Source: Kineococcus radiotolerans SRS30216 = ATCC BAA-149 | Lineage (GTDB): Bacteria > Actinomycetota > Actinomycetes > Actinomycetales > Kineococcaceae | Assembly: GCF_000017305.1 (NCBI RefSeq) | Contig: NC_009664.2 | Location: 1,920,001-1,952,000 of the forward strand | Length of the DNA: 32,000 nt | Direction of reading: 5' to 3' | Part shown: in pieces, positions 16,290-24,091 of the stretch | How the letters are laid out: every line of letters begins with the position of its first letter | How positions within the stretch are numbered: the first letter of the stretch is position 1 | Notes under the pieces: model-generated | What the model saw: the letters and a program-made list of their open reading frames with translations, nothing else | Databases searched by the model: none | What the model was told of the DNA's origin: nothing | Position numbers and translations under genes: made by a program

Positions 16290-17489
16290 TCAGGAGCAGA
16301 GGGCGGTGTCCACGGCGGCGTCGACGCGCCCGATCGCCTCCAGCGTCCGGGGCAGCGCGGTGACGGCGACGACGGCCGCGCGCCCGTCGGTGGTGACGAG
16401 GTTGCGGGTCTCGAAGCCCTGGATGTCCCCGCCGTGGCCCCAGGCCTCCAGCCCGCAGCTGAGGGTGGTCCGGGCCAGGCCCAGGCCGTAGGCCCACTCC
16501 CCCTGGGGTTCGAAACCGGGTGCGGGGACGGTGGTCCGCATCTGCTCGAGTTCCGCGGGGGCGAGCAGTTCCCCGCCGACGAGGGCGTCGAGGAACCGCG
16601 CGAGGTCGGAGGGGGTGGAGATCAGCTGCCCCGCCGCCCAGCCCAGCGAGGGGTCGGTGTCGGTGACGTCGACGGGTGTCGCGGCGGTGTCCAGGTCGTA
16701 GCCCTGCGGGTGCCGGCCGCGGATGTCCTGGTCCCCGGTGGTCGGCCAGTAGGTGTCGCGCAGGTGCAGCGGCTCGATGATCCGCTCGGTGATCTGCTCA
16801 CCGATGGGGCGCCCCGTGACCCGCTGCACCAGCAGCCCGGCGACGACGTAGTTCGTGTTGGAGTACTCGAACCTCGTGCCGGGGGCGAAGGAGGCGGGCT
16901 GATCCAGCGCCGCCTGCAGCAGCTGCGACGGTTCGAAGTAGGTGTGCCGCACCGACACCAGGTCGGTGCCCAGGACGAGGGTGTCGTAGTCGGGCAGGCC
17001 GCTGGTCTGCTGCAGCAGCTGGCGGACGGTGATGGAACGCCCGTCCCCGCCCGGGCCGCGCACGACCCCCGGCAGGTAGGTCTCGACGGGTTCGTCCAGG
17101 ACGACCTCCCCCTCCCCCACCAGCTGCAGCACGACGGTGGCGGTGAAGGTCTTCGTGTTGCTCGCGATGCGGATCCGGCTGTCGGGCTGGATCGGCTTCC
17201 CGCTGACGACGTCGCGGACCCCGGCGGTGTAGTCGGTGACGCGGCCGCTGCGCTCGCGGACCGCGGCCAGCGCCCCGGGCAGGCCGTCGTCGCGGACGAG
17301 GGCGTCGAGGCTGTGCTGCACGGCGGGCGAGCGGTGGTGGGTGCCCGCGGCCGCGCTCGTCGTGGTGGCCGCACCGGTCGCGGCGGGGGGAGCGGCGCCG
17401 GCGGAGGCGGCGGTGCCGATGAGCGCGGTGCTCAGCAGCGCGGCGGCCAGGGCGGCGGTGCGGCGGGCGGGGCGGTGGGTGGTCGGCAT
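16290..17489 (-). CDS. Secreted serine hydrolase of the beta-lactamase / R61-type DD-peptidase family (S12)
   Basis: Internal ATG at 17489 of track ORF 16290..17705 (MPTTHRPARR), with GAGGAG upstream. Signal peptide AALAAALLSTALIGTAASAGA. Motifs: SxxK = ASNTKTF, YxN = EYSNTNY, HxG = GHGGD. Confidence 0.9.
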   Translation of the reverse strand: MPTTHRPARRTAALAAALLSTALIGTAASAGAAPPAATGAATTTSAAAGTHHRSPAVQHSLDALVRDDGLPGALAAVRERSGRVTDYTAGVRDVVSGKPIQPDSRIRIASNTKTFTATVVLQLVGEGEVVLDEPVETYLPGVVRGPGGDGRSITVRQLLQQTSGLPDYDTLVLGTDLVSVRHTYFEPSQLLQAALDQPASFAPGTRFEYSNTNYVVAGLLVQRVTGRPIGEQITERIIEPLHLRDTYWPTTGDQDIRGRHPQGYDLDTAATPVDVTDTDPSLGWAAGQLISTPSDLARFLDALVGGELLAPAELEQMRTTVPAPGFEPQGEWAYGLGLARTTLSCGLEAWGHGGDIQGFETRNLVTTDGRAAVVAVTALPRTLEAIGRVDAAVDTALCS

Positions 17490-17676
17490 CGGGGCTCCTC
17501 GGCAGGGCGGTCGGTTCCCCACCACCCTGGGCGCGCGGGGCGTCCCGTCCCATCCCGTGGGCTGCCCTCCCGGGGTAGGGCCTGCACCACCACCGCCCCT
17601 GTCCCCGGCCCGGCGCGGCGGGGTAGCGTCCGGGCGGCCGCGGCGCGCGGCGACCGGGCCGGACGGAGGAGCGAGG

Positions 17677-18024
17677 GTGAGCGTCGAGGACCTGATGCGG
17701 GCCAACCTGCTGGACGTCTTCGGGGAGCGGGACCCCGGGCGGCGGCGCGCGGCCGCGGAGCGGACCTACACCGCCGACGTGAGGTTCTCCGACCCCGACG
17801 AGACCGTCCTGGGGCAGCGGGCCCTGCTGGACAAGGCCCAGCGCCTGCTCGACGACGCCCCGGGGTTCGTCTTCTCCCCCGACGGCCCGGTGCGGGTCGC
17901 GCAGGACCTGGGGTACCTGGCGTGGGGTTTCGGGCCCGAGGGCGGGGAGCCGGTGGTGCGCGGGATCGACGTCGCGCTCGTCGTCGACGGCCGGATCAGC
18001 CGCGTCTACACCCTGCTGACGTGA
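17677..18024 (+). CDS. NTF2/SnoaL-like small protein
   Basis: Internal GTG at 17677 of track ORF 17236..18024, with GGAGGAG upstream. 115 aa. The pattern ...YTADVRFSDPD......G..AL........L...PGF.F.P.G.V......G.L.W.......G.....G.DV..V.DGRI.R.Y is typical of the NTF2-like fold. An alternative start is the ATG at 17695. Confidence 0.65.
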   Translation: MSVEDLMRANLLDVFGERDPGRRRAAAERTYTADVRFSDPDETVLGQRALLDKAQRLLDDAPGFVFSPDGPVRVAQDLGYLAWGFGPEGGEPVVRGIDVALVVDGRISRVYTLLT

Positions 18025-18098
18025 GCGCGTTCGTGCGGCACCACCCGGGTACCGCGGGGTGACGGTGCCCGCGCGACCCGGGCGCCTGGACGCCGTGA

Positions 18099-18119
18099 CC
18101 CGCCGGTGAGACCGGCGGG
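18099..18119. terminator. 9-bp-stem hairpin between convergent genes
   Basis: CCCGCCGGT-gag-ACCGGCGGG lies between the stops at 18024 (+) and 18132 (-). Confidence 0.5.
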
Positions 18120-18131
18120 CCACGGGTCTCG

Positions 18132-19160
18132 TCAGACGGGCCGGTGCCCCGCGGGGACGACCTCGGCCTCGACGGGCGGGGGCGGCGGGGTCCCGTCCCC
18201 GAACGGCCGCCCGCCCAGCGCCTCGCGCCCGTGCGGTTCCAGCCAGCCGGAGAGGTCCGGGCCGGCGGGGACGACCCCGGTGGGGTTGATGTCGCGGTGG
18301 ACGCCGTAGTAGTGCTGCTTGATGTGCAGCACGTCGGTCGTGTCGCCGAACCCGGGGGTCTGGTAGAGGTCGCGGAAGTACGCCGACAGCACCGGCATCT
18401 CGGACAGCTTCTGCCGGTTGCACTTGAAGTGGCCGTGGTAGACGGGGTCGAAGCGGGCCAGCGTCGTGAACAGCCGCACGTCGGCCTCGGTGATGGTGTC
18501 CCCGACCAGGTACCGCTGGTGCTCCAGGCGTTCCGACAGCGCGTCCAGGCGGGCGAACAGGCGGTCGTGGGCGCGCTGGTACGCCTCCTGGGTGCCGGCG
18601 AAACCGGCCCGGTACACGCCGTTGTTGACGTCGCGGAACACGTCGCGGTTCACGGCGTCGATCTCCGCGCGCAGGTGCTCCGGGTACAGCTGCGGGGCGC
18701 CCTCGCGGTGGAACTGCGTCCACTCCAGGGACAGGTCGACGGTGATCTGCGGGAAGTCGTTGGTGACGACCTTCCCGGTCGGGACGTCGACGATCGCGGG
18801 GACGGTGATGCCGCGGTCGTAGCCGGGGTAGCGGGCGAAGAACGCCTCCTGCAACCGCTCGATGCCGAGCACCGGGTCGCGCCCGTCGGGGTCGAGGTCG
18901 AAGGTCCAGCTGCGCTCGTCGTGGGTGGGGCCGGCGATCCCCATCGACAGCACCGGCTCCAGGCCCAGCAGCCGCCGCACGATGATCGCGCGGTTCGCCC
19001 ACGGGCAGGCCCGGGAGACGATCAGGCGGTAGCGGTCCGCTTCGACGGGGTAGCCGTCGCGGCCGTCGGCGGTGATCCGGGTCTCGATGTAGCGCTGGTC
19101 GCGACGGAAGTCGCCGGTCGGGTTGACGTAGCCCGTGCTGCCGGTGGTGGCGGTGCTCAT
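18132..19160 (-). CDS. yqjG: Xi-class glutathione S-transferase / glutathionyl-hydroquinone reductase (YqjG/ECM4 family)
   Basis: Internal ATG at 19160 of track ORF 18132..19226 (MSTATTG), with GAGGAA upstream. Hallmarks: CPWANR active-site motif, RITADG..G...E..RY.L.VS, TVP..VD, FKCN, HIK.HYY. The symbol is given by family resemblance only. Confidence 0.88.
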   Translation of the reverse strand: MSTATTGSTGYVNPTGDFRRDQRYIETRITADGRDGYPVEADRYRLIVSRACPWANRAIIVRRLLGLEPVLSMGIAGPTHDERSWTFDLDPDGRDPVLGIERLQEAFFARYPGYDRGITVPAIVDVPTGKVVTNDFPQITVDLSLEWTQFHREGAPQLYPEHLRAEIDAVNRDVFRDVNNGVYRAGFAGTQEAYQRAHDRLFARLDALSERLEHQRYLVGDTITEADVRLFTTLARFDPVYHGHFKCNRQKLSEMPVLSAYFRDLYQTPGFGDTTDVLHIKQHYYGVHRDINPTGVVPAGPDLSGWLEPHGREALGGRPFGDGTPPPPPVEAEVVPAGHRPV

Positions 19161-19297
19161 GGCGTTCCTCGTCTGGTCGGCGGAGGCGGCGCCGCGGACG
19201 GCGCACCCCAGTAGTACAACATTCAACCAGAAGGGGGGTGATCCCGCGCGCCGGGGTCACCCGTCCCGCCCCGTCCGGGAACCCGCCCGTCAGGGGT

Positions 19298-20302
19298 TCA
19301 GCGCAGGTCCACCCGCACCACCTGGTACTCGGCGGTGGCGGGCTCGGCCACCGCGAAGCGGCCGTTGACCAGCCACAGCGCACCCGCCGCGAGGATCCCG
19401 GTCGTGGGCCGGTCGAGGTCGGGGTCGCCGACCTCCCCCACGACCTCGCCGCTGCGCCCGTCGGGCGAGAGGCGCACCACCGCGGCGGAGTCGGTGGAGA
19501 ACCCGTACACGACGTGCAGGGTCCGCCCGCGCAGCACGAGGCCGTCGCCGCCGGTGAGGTCGCGCCCGCTCACCTCGATGCGGTCGCTGACCCCGGTGCG
19601 GGGGTCCACCCGGAACAGGTCGCCGGTGCTGCTCTGCGTCACGACGAGGGCGTCGCGGTAGGCGCGGATCCCGTTGGCGTTGAAACCCGCCCCGTAGACC
19701 AGGTCCCCGGTGATCGGCAGCGTCGTCGCCCCGTCGGGACCCGGCAGCGCCCCCCGCCGGCCCAGCGGCAGCACGACGAGGCGCTGGACGGCGGAGTCCG
19801 TGACGTACACGCCGTCGCGGGTGACCTCCACGTCGTTGAGGAACCCGCTGCCGGGCACCACCCAGCGGCCCAGTTCCGCCCCTGTGGTGCCGTCGTAGGC
19901 GGTGACGGCGCCGGTCGCGCCGCCGGCCACCCACAGCCGGTCCGCGCGCGCCTCGTAGGTCATCCCCACCGCGACGCGCCCCTCGACCCCGGCGACGAGC
20001 GGGCGGCTCTCGCCGGTGCGCAGGTCACCGACGACGACGCTGCCGTCGGCGCGGGAACCGGCGTAGAACGTCGTGCCCCGCCCACCGGCGATGCCCTCCG
20101 GCAGCGACCCGGTGGGCAGCGGCACCGTCTCGGGCAGGCGGCACCACGGGGCGCCCCAGGAACCCGTGGCCGGGAGGGCGGTGGTCGCCGCGGACGGGGC
20201 AGTGGTCGGGGCGGCGACGGCGGGGGCCGGCACGGCCAGCAGGCCGGCGGCGAGGGCGAGGACGGCGGGGGCGAGCGCTGCGCTGCGCGGGCTGGGGGTC
20301 AC
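19298..20302 (-). CDS. Secreted beta-propeller protein (SMP-30/gluconolactonase/strictosidine-synthase-like fold)
   Basis: Track ORF 19298..20302. Signal peptide AALAPAVLALAAGLLAVPAPAVAAP. It contains repeated blade-like segments (LPEGIA, VGMTYE..ADRLWVA, FLNDVEVT.DGVYVTDS, ANGI, GDGLVL). The family call is pattern-based. Confidence 0.75.
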   Translation of the reverse strand: MTPSPRSAALAPAVLALAAGLLAVPAPAVAAPTTAPSAATTALPATGSWGAPWCRLPETVPLPTGSLPEGIAGGRGTTFYAGSRADGSVVVGDLRTGESRPLVAGVEGRVAVGMTYEARADRLWVAGGATGAVTAYDGTTGAELGRWVVPGSGFLNDVEVTRDGVYVTDSAVQRLVVLPLGRRGALPGPDGATTLPITGDLVYGAGFNANGIRAYRDALVVTQSSTGDLFRVDPRTGVSDRIEVSGRDLTGGDGLVLRGRTLHVVYGFSTDSAAVVRLSPDGRSGEVVGEVGDPDLDRPTTGILAAGALWLVNGRFAVAEPATAEYQVVRVDLR

Positions 20303-20392
20303 GCTCCGACCCTAGGCGCCTCCCCCGCCGGGGGCCCGCGGAAAGCGGCCCGGCACCGCGGGGCTTCGGGACCTGCCCCCGTCAGGCGGTCC

Positions 20393-20638
20393 TCACCGCA
20401 GGTGGACGAGCACCCGGCCGGGGTTGCGCGCGTCCACCTCGGCCGAGCGGTACAGCTTCCGCACGTGCGGCTGGGCGAGGAACGTCAGCACCCGCTGCCG
20501 CAGCGCCGCGCTGCCCTTGCCGGGGACGATCTCGACGGTCTGCTCGCCGCTGGCCGCCGCGCGGACCAGGAACGTGCGCAGCGCGGTGTCGAGGTCGCGG
20601 TTGCTGCGGAAGATCGGGTGCAGGTCCAGCGAGAGCAT
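20393..20638 (-). CDS. Small stand-alone Smr-domain protein
   Basis: Internal ATG at 20638 of track ORF 20393..20947 (MLSLDLHP), with GGGAGG upstream. 81 aa. The pattern LDLHP........A...L..FL..A...G...V.I..GKGS..LR..V..FL is typical of the Smr fold (DLHG is replaced here by DLHP). Confidence 0.75.
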   Translation of the reverse strand: MLSLDLHPIFRSNRDLDTALRTFLVRAAASGEQTVEIVPGKGSAALRQRVLTFLAQPHVRKLYRSAEVDARNPGRVLVHLR

Positions 20639-20781
20639 CCGGGGCCTCCCCGACGTCGGGCGCCGCCGTGCGCGCCGCCGCGGTCCGGGCAGCGTAGTTC
20701 CCGCAGTTCCGGCCTCGGGCGCGGCGGACCGGGGAGCGCCGGGGCCGGTCGACCACGCAGGCGAACCCCACCGGCGTTGAG

Positions 20782-20834
20782 TGTTCAGTTCGAGCCGGTG
20801 TTCATTTTCTCTGAACGACCGCGGAGGATGAACG
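20782..20834. promoter_or_regulatory. 53-bp dyad-symmetric element with four GTTCA/TGAAC half-sites
   Basis: Half-sites: TGTTCAG (20782), TGTTCAT (20799), CTGAACG (20811), ATGAACG (20828). Same-orientation sites are 17 bp apart, and the whole array is symmetric about ~20808. It sits in the only AT-richer patch of the Smr / small-ORF divergent intergenic region. Confidence 0.45.
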
Positions 20835-20841
20835 GACCCGG

Positions 20842-21054
20842 GTGACACCTCCCGCTGCCGACGACCCCGCCCCCGCGGTCCTCGACGCCCTGCGCGCTCT
20901 GGGCCTGGACGTGGCCGTGGCCCGACGGCGCCCCCTGGCCCCCGCACCGCTGGTGTACGCCGACCTCGTCGCGGCCGGGTACCCCCGCTGCCTCGACGCC
21001 GCCGCCCGACTCAGGAGCGCCGATGATCTCCTTCGCCACCTCGACGGCTCCTGA
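20842..21054 (+). CDS. Small hypothetical protein (70 aa)
   Basis: Track ORF 20842..21054. By my count roughly 85 percent of third codon positions are G/C, which fits real coding in this genome. I recognise no domain, and the GTG start has only a distant GGAGG. Confidence 0.4.
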   Translation: MTPPAADDPAPAVLDALRALGLDVAVARRRPLAPAPLVYADLVAAGYPRCLDAAARLRSADDLLRHLDGS

Positions 21055-21102
21055 TCTGCACGTCGTGTCGGGTGAGGGTCCGCGGATCACCGGGCCGGGC
21101 GT

Positions 21103-22563
21103 TCAGCAGCCCGTCACCCACACCGGCGCCGGCAGCGGCGGGTTCCCCGCCGCCTCCGGCAGCCACACCGGTCCCCGGCACGGCATCCGCAGCGCCACGG
21201 CCTGCCCGCGCCGCACCACCTCCACGTCGGGGCGCGCGCCGAGCTCCGCGACCAGCGCGAGCTTGCCCTCGCGGGTGGCGCTGGTCCCGTCGATGCGGAG
21301 GTCGACGACGACCCAGTCCGCGTCGACGGCCCCGACGTTGCTGAACACCCGCACGGTGTGGCGGGTCACGAAGTAGGGGCCGGCGCCGTTGTCGGCGGCG
21401 ACGAGCGCGCCGGCGGGCAGGTCCCGCGACACCGCGAGCAGGTCGCGGGTGGCGGCGGAGGGGCGCCAGGTGTCGAGGCTGAACGGGTTCGCGACGTAGT
21501 TCGCAGTCAGGTAGGTGACGGTGCTCGCGGCCAGGCTCAGCACCGCCACCACGGCCGTGGCCGCCGCCCGCGCTCGGCGCAGGCGGCGCAGGACGTCGAC
21601 GAGGGCGACGAACACGACGGGCATCAGGACCCCGTCGTAGTGGAAGCGCGGGGACCAGTAGCTGTCGTAGGGCGAGATGAGCCGCCACGCCAGCGTCGGC
21701 ACGACCACGAACGCCACCGGTGAGCGCACCCACACCAGCCCGCCGGTGACGAGCAGCAGCACGACGAGCTCCAGGCGCGGTGCCCCGTCGGCGGACCAGG
21801 TGAGGGGCGCGGCCGCGGCGGCCTCCCCGCTGAAGCGGATCGCGAACAGCGGGACCTCGTGGTCGGGGTTGCGCCAGGCGATGACGGCGAACGCGGCGAC
21901 GGTCCCGGCGGCGGCGAGCAGCACGGTGGCCACGGCGACGAGCCGTTCGCGGCCCCGGCCGAGGAGGAACGCGACGAGGGCGACCGCGCAGATCGTCGGG
22001 CCCTGGTCCTCCTTCACCAGCAGCAGCGGCAGCGACCACGCGCAGGCCGCGGTGAGGCGCCGCTCCACCAGGGCCGCGCAGGCCAGGGCGATGAGGGGGA
22101 CGGCAAAGGCGACCTCGTGGACGTCGAGGCGCGCGACGTTCACCACCCCGTAGGACCCCGCGGCGAGGACGGCGACGACAGCGGCCGAGGGGGGACCGAG
22201 GTGGCGGCGGGCCAGGGCGTGGACGACGGCGACCCCCAGCGCCAGCGGCACCGCCTGCACGACGATGAGCGCGCGCGGGTCCGGCCACACCCACCACGCC
22301 GCGCCCCACAGGGCGGTGACGGGGCTGAAGTGCTCCCCCAGCAGCGGCAGCCCGCGGATCGCGCTGTACGGCAGCCGTCCCGACGCCCACGACTGCGCCG
22401 ACTGCGCGAACACCCCGAGGTCGTAGGCCCCCGAGCGCCCCACGTTCCACCGGGCCAGGCCGAGCCACGCGAACCAGGCGAACGACAGCAGCCCGGCGAC
22501 GGCGCTCCCGGTCCGGGGCCGGTGGGTGGCGGGGGCGGCGCGGTCCAGGACGTGCGTGCTCAT
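21103..22563 (-). CDS. DUF2079-family polytopic membrane protein (putative GT-C-like glycosyltransferase), copy 2
   Basis: Track ORF 21103..22563. It has the same motif set as copy 1 (AYDLGVFAQSAQSWASGRLP, LGEHFSPVTA, WPDPRALI, DVHEVAFAVP, LPLLLVKED) and is in inverted orientation relative to it. Confidence 0.85.
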   Translation of the reverse strand: MSTHVLDRAAPATHRPRTGSAVAGLLSFAWFAWLGLARWNVGRSGAYDLGVFAQSAQSWASGRLPYSAIRGLPLLGEHFSPVTALWGAAWWVWPDPRALIVVQAVPLALGVAVVHALARRHLGPPSAAVVAVLAAGSYGVVNVARLDVHEVAFAVPLIALACAALVERRLTAACAWSLPLLLVKEDQGPTICAVALVAFLLGRGRERLVAVATVLLAAAGTVAAFAVIAWRNPDHEVPLFAIRFSGEAAAAAPLTWSADGAPRLELVVLLLVTGGLVWVRSPVAFVVVPTLAWRLISPYDSYWSPRFHYDGVLMPVVFVALVDVLRRLRRARAAATAVVAVLSLAASTVTYLTANYVANPFSLDTWRPSAATRDLLAVSRDLPAGALVAADNGAGPYFVTRHTVRVFSNVGAVDADWVVVDLRIDGTSATREGKLALVAELGARPDVEVVRRGQAVALRMPCRGPVWLPEAAGNPPLPAPVWVTGC

Positions 22564-22639
22564 GGTGGGCCGAACCTACCCGCGGCGGGCGTGGCGCTCC
22601 CCCGGCCCGCGCCCGGCCCGCCGTTACCGTGACGGCATC

Positions 22640-24067
22640 GTGTTCACGACCCGACGGCCGCAGCGGCCGACCACCGCCCCCGTCCGGCCGCTCCCCCGGG
22701 CGCTCACCGCGGTCACCGCCCTGGTGGTCCTCGCGGTGGGCGTGTTCGTCTTCACCTGGCGCCTGGGGGTGGAGAGCTCCGTCGGGGACGAGCTCGTCTA
22801 CCGCGACGCGGGCGCCCAGTACGTCGACGGGGTGTTCACCTACAACCTGGAGCACCCGCCGCTGGCGAAGTACCTCGTCGGCCTGGGTCACCTCGCCTTC
22901 GGCGGCACCCTCGTCGCCGACCGCCTGCCCTCCGCGCTCCTCGGGATCCTCACCGGCGGGGTCCTGTTCGCGATCACCCGCCGGATCGCCGGCCCGCGGG
23001 CCGGGCTGCTCGCGGCGCTGCTCTGGTACGTCCTGCCCCTGCACCCCGGCGTCGTCGAGGCCCACGTCGGGCGGCAGGCGACCCTGGAGATGCCGCTGCT
23101 GTTCTTCGTCGCCTGCGCGCTGTGGGCGGCGCAGGCCCTGCTGGACCGCGCCACGTGGTGGCGGTGGGCGTGGCTGGGGGTCGCGGTGGGGGCGGCGACC
23201 GCAACGAAGCTGACCGGTGCGAGCGTCGCCGTCGTCACCCTGGCCCTGCTGTGGCGGCACCGCGCGACACCCGGGCGGGCGCTGGGCGGGGCGGTGCTCG
23301 CGGGGTCCGTCGCCGTCGCGGTGTTCCTGGCCACCTACCTGCCGTTCGGCGCTGAAGGGCCCGACGCGGTGCGGACGGTCGTGCAGTGGCAGCTCGACCA
23401 CGCCGGGCGCGGCGCCGTGCAGCACGTCGCCGGCGTCAACCACGCGTTCCCGCCGTGGTGGTCGGCGTGGTGGTTCCAGGCGCAGTACCTGACGTGGGCG
23501 GGGGTCGTGGCGCTGTGGGGGCTGGCCCTGCTGGGCGTCGTCGCGGCCCGGCGGGCCGGGCTCGTGGTGGCGACCGCCCTGGCCGGGTTCACCCTCGCCC
23601 TCGTCGCCTCCCCGCTGAAGCTGCCGCAGTACCACGACGTGTGGATGCCGCCGCTGGTCGTGGGGGCCGCCGTCGCCCTGCACCGCCTCGTCACCGGATC
23701 GTCCGGATCCCGTGTCGTGGCCACTGCGGCGGGCCTGGTGCTCCTGGCCCTCGCCGGACAGCAGGGACTGAACGTCGCCACCACCGCTCCCGCGGACTAC
23801 CGGCTGGTGGGAGCCGAGCTGCGGCGACTGCCGGCGGGGTCGGTCGTGGTGTCGTGGGCGGACACCGGGGCGCTGCAGCGCTACGCCCCCGATCTCGTCT
23901 ACATCGGGGGGACGGTTCCGGACTGCACGGCCGCGGCGCTGGTCGTGGACACCACGATCGCGGACCGCATCCCGGGGGCGGACGCGGCGGAGTGGGCGGC
24001 GCAGTGCGGGGCGTCCCCGAGGGGGTTCCAGCGGATGCAGGTCCTGATCCCGTCAAGGGCGTCCTGA
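22640..24067 (+). CDS. GT-C glycosyltransferase of the PMT_2 / GT39-GT83 (dolichyl-phosphate-mannose / ArnT-like) type
   Basis: Track ORF 22526..24067. The first-loop acidic motif GDELVYRDAG...NLEHPPLAKYL follows TM1, and there are more than 10 TM segments. The start is uncertain. I list the GTG at 22640 because it leaves a 76-bp divergent promoter gap. The in-frame ATG at 22562 would abut the start of the divergent gene. Confidence 0.85.
   Translation: MFTTRRPQRPTTAPVRPLPRALTAVTALVVLAVGVFVFTWRLGVESSVGDELVYRDAGAQYVDGVFTYNLEHPPLAKYLVGLGHLAFGGTLVADRLPSALLGILTGGVLFAITRRIAGPRAGLLAALLWYVLPLHPGVVEAHVGRQATLEMPLLFFVACALWAAQALLDRATWWRWAWLGVAVGAATATKLTGASVAVVTLALLWRHRATPGRALGGAVLAGSVAVAVFLATYLPFGAEGPDAVRTVVQWQLDHAGRGAVQHVAGVNHAFPPWWSAWWFQAQYLTWAGVVALWGLALLGVVAARRAGLVVATALAGFTLALVASPLKLPQYHDVWMPPLVVGAAVALHRLVTGSSGSRVVATAAGLVLLALAGQQGLNVATTAPADYRLVGAELRRLPAGSVVVSWADTGALQRYAPDLVYIGGTVPDCTAAALVVDTTIADRIPGADAAEWAAQCGASPRGFQRMQVLIPSRAS
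23219..23955 (+). repeat. Intact copy of the segment that recurs in degraded form at 29980..30497
   Basis: Manual alignment. The blocks 23221..23289, 23354..23410 and 23547..23955 align to 29982..30497. About nine in ten positions are identical by eye in the longest block. Confidence 0.8.
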
Positions 24068-24091
24068 CCCGCTGGACCGTGCAACCGGCCG

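Noticed and set aside
16507-16517. GGTTCGAAACC, which resembles a tRNA T-arm/T-loop.
   Set aside because: It lies inside the serine-hydrolase CDS. No acceptor, D-arm or anticodon-arm complementarity is visible around it.
20782-20834. Possible LexA/SOS box, because of the GAAC/GTTC cores next to a DNA-repair-type Smr gene.
   Set aside because: No GAAC-N4-GTTC (TCGAAC-N4-GTTCGA) spacing is present. The half-sites are GTTCA/TGAAC at 7-, 17- and 22-nt spacings. I keep it as an unknown dyad element.
22562-22639. The ATG at 22562 as the GT39 start.
   Set aside because: It would place the start one base from the start codon of the divergent DUF2079 gene (22563), with no room for promoters. I still flag it as an alternative in the feature entry.
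359-23683. Many very long ORFs in the track. Examples: 359..1780, 1091..2224, 3201..4283, 3416..5269, 9725..11773, 10309..12471, 11655..13388, 12239..14458, 14356..16497, 15435..18062, 16798..19383, 19238..20845, 21011..23683.
   Set aside because: Their translations are Arg/Pro/Gly/Ala-rich low-complexity strings, which is typical of off-frame or antisense reading of very GC-rich coding DNA. Each one overlaps a gene with clear motifs and G/C-biased third positions in another frame.
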